From the NCBI GenBank assembly GCA_965222225.1, contig CBDCTK010000002.1, forward strand, positions 2,848,001-2,912,000: a stretch of 64,000 nt of DNA, given 5' to 3'. Shown here one piece after another: positions 52,381 through 61,290 of the stretch; within the stretch, counting starts at the first letter, position 1; each line of letters opens with the position of its first letter. The stretch is from Candidatus Poribacteria bacterium (GTDB taxonomy: Bacteria; Poribacteria; WGA-4E; JAJDTR01). Below the pieces are notes generated by a model. It did no database searches and was not told the origin of the DNA. It saw only the letters and a list, made by a program, of their open reading frames with translations. The position numbers and the translations under genes were made by a program.

Positions 52381-53229
52381 TTAGTCACGCCTCAAGGCGG
52401 GGAGCACTTCACTGGTGGCGATCGCAACTAAAATAAGCACAGCCCCGCCAACCTGAATCCATGACAACCGATCGCCGGCTAACAGGTAGCCGAATAACAC
52501 GGCAAAAACCGGCTCCATCGTCAGGATAATAGCAGTTCTGGATGCAGACAAGCGTTGCTGAACGTATGTCTGTAGGGTGAAAGCGGCGGCGGAAGCGAGT
52601 ACGCCAGTGATAAGCAGAGCGAACCATACATGTACGGGTGGGAACGAGGGGCTTTCAAAGAGCAACCATGGTAGTCCGCATAGCAACGCGATTGCAACCA
52701 TCTGCGCCAGCGCCAAAGCGGTTGCATCGTGACGATGGGCGTAATGAGATAGCAGGGCGATGTGTAACCCAAAGCAAGCGGCGCAACCGAGGGTAAGTCC
52801 GTCCCCGATTCGTATCGATTCCGGGCTATCTCCCACGAGCAGGAGTGTTCCTACCAAACATGTTCCCAACGGTAACAGAAGAACGCGATCAATACGGACT
52901 CTAAACAGAATGTAGCTGGCAACTGGTGCGAAGACGACAAACAGCCCGGTAATGAGACCGGAGTTCGTTGGTGTTGTATGGCGTAGACCGTAGGTTTGAA
53001 GCAGGTAACCGCCCGCCAAGCATATACCGATTCCGGCACCGGGGACAAATGTCCCGCGCGTCAGCCGCTTGAATGAAAAAGGACCCAGACACAGCGAGGC
53101 TATAGTGAACCGAAGGGCAAGAAACCCAAGCACGGAGTAAGCCGTGACCGCGTCTCGAACCACGACAAACGTCCACCCCCAAACCACGGTAACGAGAAGG
53201 AGCGATCCCGACAGGAAAAAATTCCCCAT
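52381..53229 (-). CDS. DMT/EamA family transporter
   Basis: WGWTF, RFTIA, QTYGL, EPVFA; 10 TM segments. Confidence 0.93.
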   Translation of the reverse strand: MGNFFLSGSLLLVTVVWGWTFVVVRDAVTAYSVLGFLALRFTIASLCLGPFSFKRLTRGTFVPGAGIGICLAGGYLLQTYGLRHTTPTNSGLITGLFVVFAPVASYILFRVRIDRVLLLPLGTCLVGTLLLVGDSPESIRIGDGLTLGCAACFGLHIALLSHYAHRHDATALALAQMVAIALLCGLPWLLFESPSFPPVHVWFALLITGVLASAAAFTLQTYVQQRLSASRTAIILTMEPVFAVLFGYLLAGDRLSWIQVGGAVLILVAIATSEVLPALRRD

Positions 53230-53440
53230 TATTCAGTCACACATTACCTTTGTTCTTGTGTTCTTGTGGATTCGCGTTTGGAGGCTATCTGCCGAGAACG
53301 TGTTGCAATCTCGTTTGCGCGTTAGTGAGCATGTTTTATTGATACTTCAATACATCAGACAGTTTCGAGACTCCCGCTTTTATAGCAATTTTGGTAGGGG
53401 GATGTCAAACTTATAGTGAGGCCCCAGAGCCTTGACGTGC

Positions 53441-53469
53441 TTGCATCTACTTGGAGATGTGGATATAAT
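53441..53469 (+). promoter_or_regulatory. Sigma70 promoter
   Basis: TTGCAT-N17-TATAAT. Confidence 0.65.
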
Positions 53470-53686
53470 ATCTGAGTGATGTTGCGTTTCAAGTAGACGA
53501 GCACTACACCAGCTTTAAGGGGGAGAAAAGTGGGTTACTTCCTTTCCCGATCTTGGCGTGGAAGTTACTTCCGAATTGGCTAACCAAGATATAGGTTTTT
53601 CCTGTATGTTTTTATGAGATGAAGGTATGAGCTAGATTAATGGGAAATGGTATTACCATCAATTACAATCCGCAAGGAGAGATTCA

Positions 53687-54904
53687 TTGACATATCAAGT
53701 AGAACGAAAGTCTTTAAGAAGTTGGAACAAGATTGACAGATTCCTTCTGCATTCTGTTGGTTGTTTAATCTTGGTCGCGGCAATCTTGACACTGTGTAGC
53801 GGGTGTGAGGAGGTTCAACGTGTCCTCACATCGTTGCCGGATGGAGACGAAGATGCCATCAAAATCGGCTTTATTTATAGTAGCGCGAACCGGAGCCACA
53901 GCCTGAACGGCGCGGAACTGGCGGAACGAAAACTGAATGCAGAGGGCGGCGTGCACGGCACCTCAATCAAAGTAATAGCGCGCGGCAACATAACCGGCAA
54001 TGAGCATGCCGCGGAGATAGCTGAAGCATTGATTACCGAGGAGGGAGTATCAGCCATCATTGGTCCCAATCTATCGCGTTATGCCGTGCCCATCGGGGAG
54101 GTTGCCCAACAGCACGGAATACCGATGGTGACCACCACTGCCACCAACCCAACCGTCACTGCTGCGGGCGATTTCGTGTTTATGTCGGCGTTCACGGACG
54201 ACTTTCAGGGAAAGGTCATGGCTCAGTTCGCCTCGCAAGACCTAAAAGCAAAGACAGCGGCAGCCCTCACACGCAGAGAATCGCTTTATTCGGAGGGATT
54301 ATCCCAAACCTTTATTGACAACTTTGCAGCTTTCGGCGGCGAAGTCGTGCATGCGGAATTTTACGCGAGGGGAGACACCGATTTTACGACGCAATTGACG
54401 GCAATCGCTGAATCGGCGCCGGATGTCGTTTTTCTGCCGGGGTTCTCCGCCGAAATCCCGATAGTAGTTGAACAGGCGCGAACGCTCGGCATTACGGGAA
54501 TCCTCCTCGGCGGCGACAGTTGGGACAGTGCGGCGTTGATTGCCCAAAGTGGAGAGATTCTTGAGGGAAGTTATTTTTCTACGTTCTTCTGGGCGGACGT
54601 TCCACCGGGGTCGTTGAGCAAGGACGCTCACCAGTTTATCGATACCTATACCTTAATCTTTGGCGTCCCGCCCGGTGGCGGGGCTGCGCTCGGATATGAT
54701 GCCCTTAGGCTGACGGTTCAGGCGATGCGTCGAGCGCCCGAATTGACACCTACGGAGATCCGCGACCAGATTGCAGCCACCAAGAACTACAGCGGCGCGA
54801 CATTTATCTCCGGCTACGATCGGAACCGGCACGCGGCGAAAAGCGCTTTCATCAACCGCATTATTAACGGCGAAGCGAAGTTCCATAAACTGATTCAGCC
54901 GTAA
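53687..54904 (+). CDS. LivJ/LivK-like ABC substrate-binding lipoprotein (paralogue 1)
   Basis: LCSGC, IPMVTTTATNPTVT..GDFVF, DDFQG, GGDSWD, ALGYDA. Confidence 0.9.
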   Translation: MTYQVERKSLRSWNKIDRFLLHSVGCLILVAAILTLCSGCEEVQRVLTSLPDGDEDAIKIGFIYSSANRSHSLNGAELAERKLNAEGGVHGTSIKVIARGNITGNEHAAEIAEALITEEGVSAIIGPNLSRYAVPIGEVAQQHGIPMVTTTATNPTVTAAGDFVFMSAFTDDFQGKVMAQFASQDLKAKTAAALTRRESLYSEGLSQTFIDNFAAFGGEVVHAEFYARGDTDFTTQLTAIAESAPDVVFLPGFSAEIPIVVEQARTLGITGILLGGDSWDSAALIAQSGEILEGSYFSTFFWADVPPGSLSKDAHQFIDTYTLIFGVPPGGGAALGYDALRLTVQAMRRAPELTPTEIRDQIAATKNYSGATFISGYDRNRHAAKSAFINRIINGEAKFHKLIQP

Positions 54905-55007
54905 TTACAATCCCGATTATTATTGTTTGAGGAATACTCTGTTAATTCTTGAGTTTTGAACAATCCTGTTTGACTTCATCATTCATTCGGAAGGAGAAAT
55001 AATCGAC

Positions 55008-55844
55008 GTGAGTGAGCAAAAAAACGATGCGACATATACGATGGGACGCACCAAAGAGGAGACAGATCGGCTAATACAGCAGTCAGGACTGTACGACGAC
55101 GTGACGAAACGTTTTCTCGGGGAAGCCGGTCTGTTCAGCGGGATGAAAGTCCTTGATATTGGGAGCGGCGCCGGAGATGTTGCGATGGCTGCGGCTGAAC
55201 TCGTTGGCGATGACGGGGAAGTTATCGGCGTGGATATGAACGCCGAGATTCTCGAAACTGCCCGAGCACGGGCGCAGGGCGCGGGATTCGCAAACATCCA
55301 GTTCCTGGCAGGTGACTCGCGAACGCTAGACCTTCCCAACGACTTCGACGCCCTTATCGGACGTCTCGTCCTGATGTATATGGCGGATCCTGCAGATGCC
55401 TTGAGAGAGCTTAAAACGCGCCTGCGCCCCGGGGCTATCGTTGCTTTTCAGGAGGTTGATTTCACATCCATCTCGGCGTTTTATGCAGATCATACCCCCT
55501 TGATGAACAACCTAGCCTCGTGGGCTGTTGAGGTCTTTAAGCGTTCAGGGGCGCATACCGGAATGGGTTTGGACCTCTACGGTACTTTTATGGATGCCGG
55601 TTTGCCGGAACCTGCTCTACAATATACAGCGCCGATGGGCGGCCCGGAGGCGTGGGGCGGTTACCAATTCGTCGCCAACAGTTTCCGCAGTATTCTCCCG
55701 CTTATGGAAGCCTACGGGATTGTGACCGCGGAAGAGGTCGATATAGAGACACTTCCCCAGCGACTTCGAGGCGAGGTTGTTTCGTCGAAGCGCCCGATTC
55801 TCTTGCCGCCGCATGTGACGGCTTGGGCACAACTTCCATCGTAG
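55008..55844 (+). CDS. Class I SAM-dependent methyltransferase
   Basis: VLDIGSGAGD, FDALIGRLVL. Confidence 0.93.
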   Translation: MSEQKNDATYTMGRTKEETDRLIQQSGLYDDVTKRFLGEAGLFSGMKVLDIGSGAGDVAMAAAELVGDDGEVIGVDMNAEILETARARAQGAGFANIQFLAGDSRTLDLPNDFDALIGRLVLMYMADPADALRELKTRLRPGAIVAFQEVDFTSISAFYADHTPLMNNLASWAVEVFKRSGAHTGMGLDLYGTFMDAGLPEPALQYTAPMGGPEAWGGYQFVANSFRSILPLMEAYGIVTAEEVDIETLPQRLRGEVVSSKRPILLPPHVTAWAQLPS

Positions 55845-55905
55845 AATGAATGGTTAATTTACGGATTGAAACGACATGAAAAAATTGAGGGAGAAGGAAC
55901 TCTAA

Positions 55906-57126
55906 ATGACAAATCAACGTATTCGACTGAACGAACACGGATTCATCGGCTGGTTTTGGATACCGCTATTACTTTTGGGTTTCGTGTTTGCAGGGTGTGA
56001 CCAACTCCAACAGTTGCTCGCTCCATTGCTGAGCGAAGATGATGAAACGATTAAAATCGGCTTTATCTATACAACACCGAACCGAATCAACAGCCGTTAC
56101 GGCGCGGAATTGGCGACGAACGAGTTGAACGAAGAGGGAGGAGTACGGGGTACGCCGATAGAGCTCATCGCTCACGGCATACCAACACAGCGCCTTATCA
56201 GCGAGAACATCAGCGATACCGAGTACGTCGCGGGAATAGCAGAAGAGTTGATTACCGGGGAAGGAGTAACGGCAATCGCAGGGCCCAACCGTTCGACCCA
56301 TGCCGTTATCGTTGGGGAGATTGCTCAACGCCACGGGATACCGATGATAACCACAGGTGCGACCAACCCGTCCGTTACCGCCGCCGGTGACTTCGTATTC
56401 ATGGCAGCTTTCACCGACGACTTTCAGGGCAAAGTGATGGCTCAGTTTGCCGTCCAAGATTTGGAAGCCAAATTCGCAGCGGTTCTCACGCATGCGGGAG
56501 ATGTCTATTCGGAGGGCTTATCAAAGACCTTCATCGCCAACTTTACCGCTTATGGCGGCGAGGTCGTGGCTGAACAGTTTTACATGGCGGGCGACACCGA
56601 TTTCACCGCCCAGTTAACCGCAATTGCCGAAGCTGTGCCGGACGTAATCTTTAGCACCGGTTTCATCCCCGAAGTCCCGCTGGCGGTTCGGCAGGCGAGG
56701 GATGAGATTGGCATTACAGCAACCTTCCTCGGCGGCGATAGTTGGGATAACCCGGCGTTGCTTCCCGAAGGCGGGGCGGCGGTCGACGGGAGTTTCTTTA
56801 GTAGTCCCTTCTCTGTCAAAGCTGATCCGGGCGACTTGGGTGAAGATGCCCATCAATTTGTTAGCGCCTACACCGGGATGTTTAATGAAGTGCCCGATGG
56901 CGGGGCTGCGCTGGGATATGACGCCATACGGCTGCTGGTTCAGGCAATGCGCCGAGCGTCCGACTTGACGCCAACAGCGATTCGCGACCAGATTGCAGCG
57001 ACCGACAACTACAGCGGAGCAACCCTCATCCTGGGCTATGATAAGAACCGCCACACCGCCAAGAGTGCGGCAATCAACCGTGTCGTTGATGGCGAAGTTC
57101 AGTTCTACAAACTAATCCAGCCGTAG
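55906..57126 (+). CDS. LivJ/LivK-like ABC substrate-binding lipoprotein (paralogue 2)
   Basis: VFAGC; collinear with and highly similar to paralogue 1. Confidence 0.9.
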   Translation: MTNQRIRLNEHGFIGWFWIPLLLLGFVFAGCDQLQQLLAPLLSEDDETIKIGFIYTTPNRINSRYGAELATNELNEEGGVRGTPIELIAHGIPTQRLISENISDTEYVAGIAEELITGEGVTAIAGPNRSTHAVIVGEIAQRHGIPMITTGATNPSVTAAGDFVFMAAFTDDFQGKVMAQFAVQDLEAKFAAVLTHAGDVYSEGLSKTFIANFTAYGGEVVAEQFYMAGDTDFTAQLTAIAEAVPDVIFSTGFIPEVPLAVRQARDEIGITATFLGGDSWDNPALLPEGGAAVDGSFFSSPFSVKADPGDLGEDAHQFVSAYTGMFNEVPDGGAALGYDAIRLLVQAMRRASDLTPTAIRDQIAATDNYSGATLILGYDKNRHTAKSAAINRVVDGEVQFYKLIQP

Positions 57127-57148
57127 CTAATGCACAGACTACGTAGCG

Positions 57149-57176
57149 TTCAGGGGTTCTGGTACGAACCCCTGAA
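57149..57176. terminator. Hairpin TTCAGGGGTTC-TGGTAC-GAACCCCTGAA after the binding-protein gene
   Basis: 11-bp stem preceded by GTAG; could be a REP or a terminator. Confidence 0.5.
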
Positions 57177-57232
57177 TCCGGCGAAATCGGAATCAAAGCG
57201 CCCGTAACGAATCAAGTAGTAAACGTGGGCGA

Positions 57233-57269
57233 GGGATCTCTATCGCCCTCCCTATCCGGTCGGTGGATC
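57233..57269 (-). repeat. 37-nt micro-element copy
   Basis: Reverse complement GATCCACCGACCGGATAGGGAGGGCGATAGAGATCCC. Confidence 0.75.
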
Positions 57270-57463
57270 CTCCGGTTTTATCCAATCCGCCGTGCCATTA
57301 ATCAAACTACCCTCCCAACGAACCAAGCCAAGACTCCAACCTCCGAACTCGTCATTTCAAATTCTTTCTACATTTTTTTCTTTCGAGCATAACCTCCAAC
57401 CTATACAGGGTGTCTAATTAGTAGTTTCACCGATGCTTTCATTCTTTGGATCTGGTGGGTGCT

Positions 57464-59221
57464 ATGTATTCAGCCGACGAAAAGTTAGTGTCCCAAACAC
57501 TCGCGGGCGATCGTGATGCCTTCGGCGTGCTGATGCACAAATATCAGGAAATGGTCTACGCCTACGCCTTTCAGAAGGTGAGGAATGAGGCTGATGCCCA
57601 GGACATCACGCAAGAAATCTTCCTGCAAGCATACCGTCATCTTTATCAACTCCGGCACCCGCATCTCTTCCGAAGCTGGCTGTATACAGTCATGTCCAAC
57701 GAGTGCAAGCGCTGGTTGGTGCGAGTCACGAAAAGACGTCGACGCGAGATTGTCTTGGAGGAGGCTGGGGACGAAACGTCACTCATTGAACCTGCCCATG
57801 ACGTACCCGTAGAAGGCTGGCAGGTAGATCTTGAGCAGGCAATCTCCGCGCTCTCTGACGAAAATCGGGTCGCCGTGTCGATGTTCTATATGGGTGATTG
57901 TACGCTGAAGGAAATCTCCGAATTCCTCGGTGTCTCCGTGAACACCGTCAAGGGTAAGTTGCATCGTGCCCGTCAGCAACTTGGGGCTGCTATGTCCCAA
58001 CACTACGGCAGGCTGTTGAAAAGCCACAAACTCAAAGGAGGTTTTCTCATGCAAATCATGGAACAGATTCGCTATATACCCGCGCCAGCAACGGGATTCG
58101 CGTGGAGTGGTGCAACTATCGGCAAGACCGTCTTTTCGCTGATTGCGGCACTGTGCATATTAATTGAACTTATTGGCGGACGAAACGATTCGCTGACAGA
58201 GTTGCCACTGAATCAAACCGAGGTAGCGCCAGCAGGCACAAGCAGATGGCCGATCGAGGTCGCCCTTCTTGCGTCCGTTCCTTACTCCACGCGCTCATCC
58301 ATTACGGGCATTCCGGAGCCGACGGGAAAGCGACCACTGGCTGCCTCCAACCGTGCCTCAACAGTGCCGAGGCGCAACTCGACTAACGGAGCGCCAATGC
58401 CACACGGTGGAGGTGCAGAAAACCCTAACGCACAATTCTCGGCTGCCATGGCAGAATACGCCGCCGAAAAGCTAACCTATTCCGGTCGTGTTGTCAACGT
58501 TGACGGTGAGCCGGTCGAGGGGGCGGAGATTCTATACGCCGTAAATTGGAGGCGCACCAAACTCGGTACACGCACGACGGCGGATGGTGCATTCCGTTTT
58601 GAGGTGCCGCGTCCGCAGCCTAGGAAGTGGGAGGGCCGCTTAGATATCGTTGTTACCCACTCTGATTACGCGAACTTGTGGAGGAAGCTGTCCCTCAAAG
58701 ACACGGAGAATGTTGAAATTCAACTCGACGCGCCGGGAACCATCGCCGGGAGAGTTATGAACGAATTAGGCGAACCAATACCGAGCGCGGAAGCCACGAT
58801 CCAGTTCACGGTAGGTGGAGATGCTTTGTCGCCCCGAATTGGGGACTACGAGGATTATACGATGTTGGAGATCTTTCATCGCACGCCTCCCGCCAAGACC
58901 GATGAAAACGGTGAATTTGCGTTCCGCAATCTGCCAACACGAGCGACCACGGTGCTTTATGTGCAAGGTCCCGGATACGCCAAGACGAAACGCATCTTTG
59001 TGCCGGTCGGCAGGCAAGACCTTGAGTTCCGGTTAAAGCACGAGGCACGCATTGAGGGACGCCTCAGTTACGCCGAAACAGGTGAACCTGTGGCGAACGC
59101 GAAGGTGGACGACCGGAGCGCCGCTCCGCATGATGACTGGTGGAGGGCAAGTGTTGATGAGAACGGGGATTTCGTCGTGAAGAATCTCGATCCCGGTACT
59201 TATACCATTTCGCTTGAATAA
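57464..59221 (+). CDS. ECF sigma-70 factor fused to a TM segment and carboxypeptidase-regulatory-like repeats; possibly 3'-truncated
   Basis: DAQDITQEIF, FRSWLY, LKEISEFLGVSVNTVKGKLHRAR; then SGRVVNVDGEPVEGA, AGRVMNELGEPI, DENGEF. Confidence 0.88.
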   Translation: MYSADEKLVSQTLAGDRDAFGVLMHKYQEMVYAYAFQKVRNEADAQDITQEIFLQAYRHLYQLRHPHLFRSWLYTVMSNECKRWLVRVTKRRRREIVLEEAGDETSLIEPAHDVPVEGWQVDLEQAISALSDENRVAVSMFYMGDCTLKEISEFLGVSVNTVKGKLHRARQQLGAAMSQHYGRLLKSHKLKGGFLMQIMEQIRYIPAPATGFAWSGATIGKTVFSLIAALCILIELIGGRNDSLTELPLNQTEVAPAGTSRWPIEVALLASVPYSTRSSITGIPEPTGKRPLAASNRASTVPRRNSTNGAPMPHGGGAENPNAQFSAAMAEYAAEKLTYSGRVVNVDGEPVEGAEILYAVNWRRTKLGTRTTADGAFRFEVPRPQPRKWEGRLDIVVTHSDYANLWRKLSLKDTENVEIQLDAPGTIAGRVMNELGEPIPSAEATIQFTVGGDALSPRIGDYEDYTMLEIFHRTPPAKTDENGEFAFRNLPTRATTVLYVQGPGYAKTKRIFVPVGRQDLEFRLKHEARIEGRLSYAETGEPVANAKVDDRSAAPHDDWWRASVDENGDFVVKNLDPGTYTISLE

Positions 59222-59261
59222 TAGTGCATATGATGTCTCAATTATATCGTCCATTTTCTCT

Positions 59262-59637
59262 GTAGGAGGGAATCAAGCGAGTGAATACCGAATGATCAAC
59301 TGAGCGATTAGCGAAGGCGATAAAGATCCCCTTGCCCCGCCGAATTTGCACGGAGACAAGGTTGATTATTTCGCTCCAAGCAAGTCTCTTCACTTAATCC
59401 ACGTAATCAATGCACTTCCATTTTATAGAAAAGGTATTATTATCTATTCGCTTGCTCCCACCCCTGTGCAGGTAGGAGCGATCTCCGAATCGCGACCTGT
59501 CGGGAATCGGAAGGGATTTCTATCGCACTCGCTATCCACTCGCTTGATTCCTCCTACCAAATACACACGCCGTAAGGCATCTCTATCGGGATTAGCTATC
59601 TCCCTTGCTGCTCACTCTGTTGATCGTTCGGTTGATT
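59262..59637. repeat. REP cluster with five micro-element copies (59271-59330 nested +, 59513-59549 -, 59576-59637 nested -)
   Basis: gtaggaggg-aatcaagcga...; gtaggagcgatctccgaatcgcgacct; gtcgggaatcggaa[module]cctcctac. Confidence 0.8.
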
Positions 59638-59750
59638 CTCAACGGTTGACACCACCGCGGGTTCGTGTTATTTTTGGAGACGTGATTCGCAAACAATCCG
59701 ACAGATAGAAAGTCGCGTCCGCAGACTGCGGCAAGCCCGGAGCGTGGAAA

Positions 59751-60041
59751 ATGAGAGACGAAGATAAATCCCAAGTGCAACTCATCAAGGAATTGCAACT
59801 CATTCGTCAGTGCGTGGCGGAATTAGAGCAGGACAAAGTCGAATACCAGCGGCTAATGAAGCAGCTATTGCTCGAAAACGATGAGTCGGTTAGGGAGTAT
59901 TTCGACATTTACTTCCATGCCCAAGATATCATTGTCTCGGTTGATGTGGAGACGGAAAAAGTGCTCAAGTGCAATATGGCTATGATGGAAGTACTGGGCT
60001 ACAGCAGAGCGGAGATTGTTGGACATCCGATCTTTAAGTTA
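59751..60041 (+). pseudogene. 5' fragment of a PAS-domain sensor protein, truncated at the IS end
   Basis: DEDKSQ.QLI.EL coiled coil, then PAS (CN.AM.EVLGYSRAEIVG) cut at 60041. Confidence 0.8.
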
Positions 60042-61290
60042 GGGACTTAGTAGTTAACTGCTTTTTGGTCGATTTGCTTGCTTTTCTCTTCTTAATGTAC
60101 AATAACTTTAGACAGTGTTCGGAATCTTGATTCACACTAAAATACATCTCTATAAGAGAGAAATGGAGGCATATCATGTTGACCAAGCGTTTGTACATGC
60201 TCGCGGGAGCATTGCGGGTTATCTGCGGGATTTTAATTTCCAACACTATGGGATTTTCAGCACACCATGATGTTGTCGTTGACAGAATATACCGATAGCC
60301 AAACAATTCATGTGGCTCAGGTGAAGCATTCATCAAAAAATCTTATGAAAATCTCATCATCTTTTCTGCGATTATATTTCCAGCAAGACTCCATGATATA
60401 CAGTGGCAGCCACTTCTTGCTGTAGTGATGATGCGTTCCGTAGAATGACCTCTTGACACAAGCCCAAAACGACTCGATGGTGTTGGTGTGAGTTACGCCG
60501 TCCTCAGAAACATATCTCTCTTGGTGATGGATAACATGTCTTTCGATATCTTCGTCCAGACTATTGTAAGAGCGAAATTCATCAGTCATAAGAATAGACT
60601 CATCGGGTGAGACATTGCTAAGGATGAATTCTCTGATATTTTCACCAGATAGAACCTTCATGAATTTAGCAACCACCCGACCGCCTCTCTCGACTACGCC
60701 GATGACGGGAGATTTATTTGTGCCTCTACCTCTCTTAGATTTTGCTCTGGGTTTGCCGCCGACATAGGTTTCGTCCGCTTCAACTATCCCTTTCAGCAAT
60801 TCATCACTATCACTCATTTTCTCACGGAGGCGCATTGCCATATACCAAGCGGACTTTTGATTCATGTCCAAGTCACGAGCAAGCTGACAACTCGATATGC
60901 TTTTCTTGGCATTGGAAAGAATTGAGATAGCCAAAAACCATTTCTGGAGAGGTATCTTGGTACCATGGAAGATGGTTCCTGCTGTAGCCGAAAAGCTAGA
61001 TTCACAATCGTAGCAATTCCAACCAGTAGTAATGTCGTTTTTGTTCTTGCGTCCAACTTTTTCACTGCCACAGTGGATACAGCAAACACCGTCCTTCCAA
61101 CGTTTTTCCTCTATAAATCTGAGACAAGATTCTTGATTTGGAAACTCTTTCATAAGATTCAAAATGTCCATAGCAAACTCCTACGAGAAGAATAGTCACT
61201 ATGGACATCTACGTGTGACGAAAAGATTTACGACAGGGTACCAAGTTTTATGTTTGTCGTCAGTCTAAAAGCTACAAGCTACTAATTCCG
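60042..61290 (-). mobile_element. IS1595-family insertion sequence
   Basis: Imperfect TIRs GGGACTTAGTAGTTAACTGCTTTT vs rc CGGAATTAGTAGCTTGTAGCTTTT (17/24); low GC; no target duplication. Confidence 0.8.
60317..61171 (-). CDS. IS1595 (ISXO2-like) DDE transposase
   Basis: Zn ribbon CIHC..CYDC, EADETYVGG, TDEF, HTNTIESFW. Confidence 0.95.
   Translation of the reverse strand: MDILNLMKEFPNQESCLRFIEEKRWKDGVCCIHCGSEKVGRKNKNDITTGWNCYDCESSFSATAGTIFHGTKIPLQKWFLAISILSNAKKSISSCQLARDLDMNQKSAWYMAMRLREKMSDSDELLKGIVEADETYVGGKPRAKSKRGRGTNKSPVIGVVERGGRVVAKFMKVLSGENIREFILSNVSPDESILMTDEFRSYNSLDEDIERHVIHHQERYVSEDGVTHTNTIESFWACVKRSFYGTHHHYSKKWLPLYIMESCWKYNRRKDDEIFIRFFDECFT

Noticed and set aside
59262-59637. 37-nt repeats as a CRISPR array
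   Set aside because: Copies are dispersed, nested, in both orientations and without regular spacers; no cas genes.
60034-60336. 100-aa minus-strand ORF as an IS passenger gene
   Set aside because: It overlaps the transposase end and the TIR and has no motif; the + strand small ORF has a better SD.
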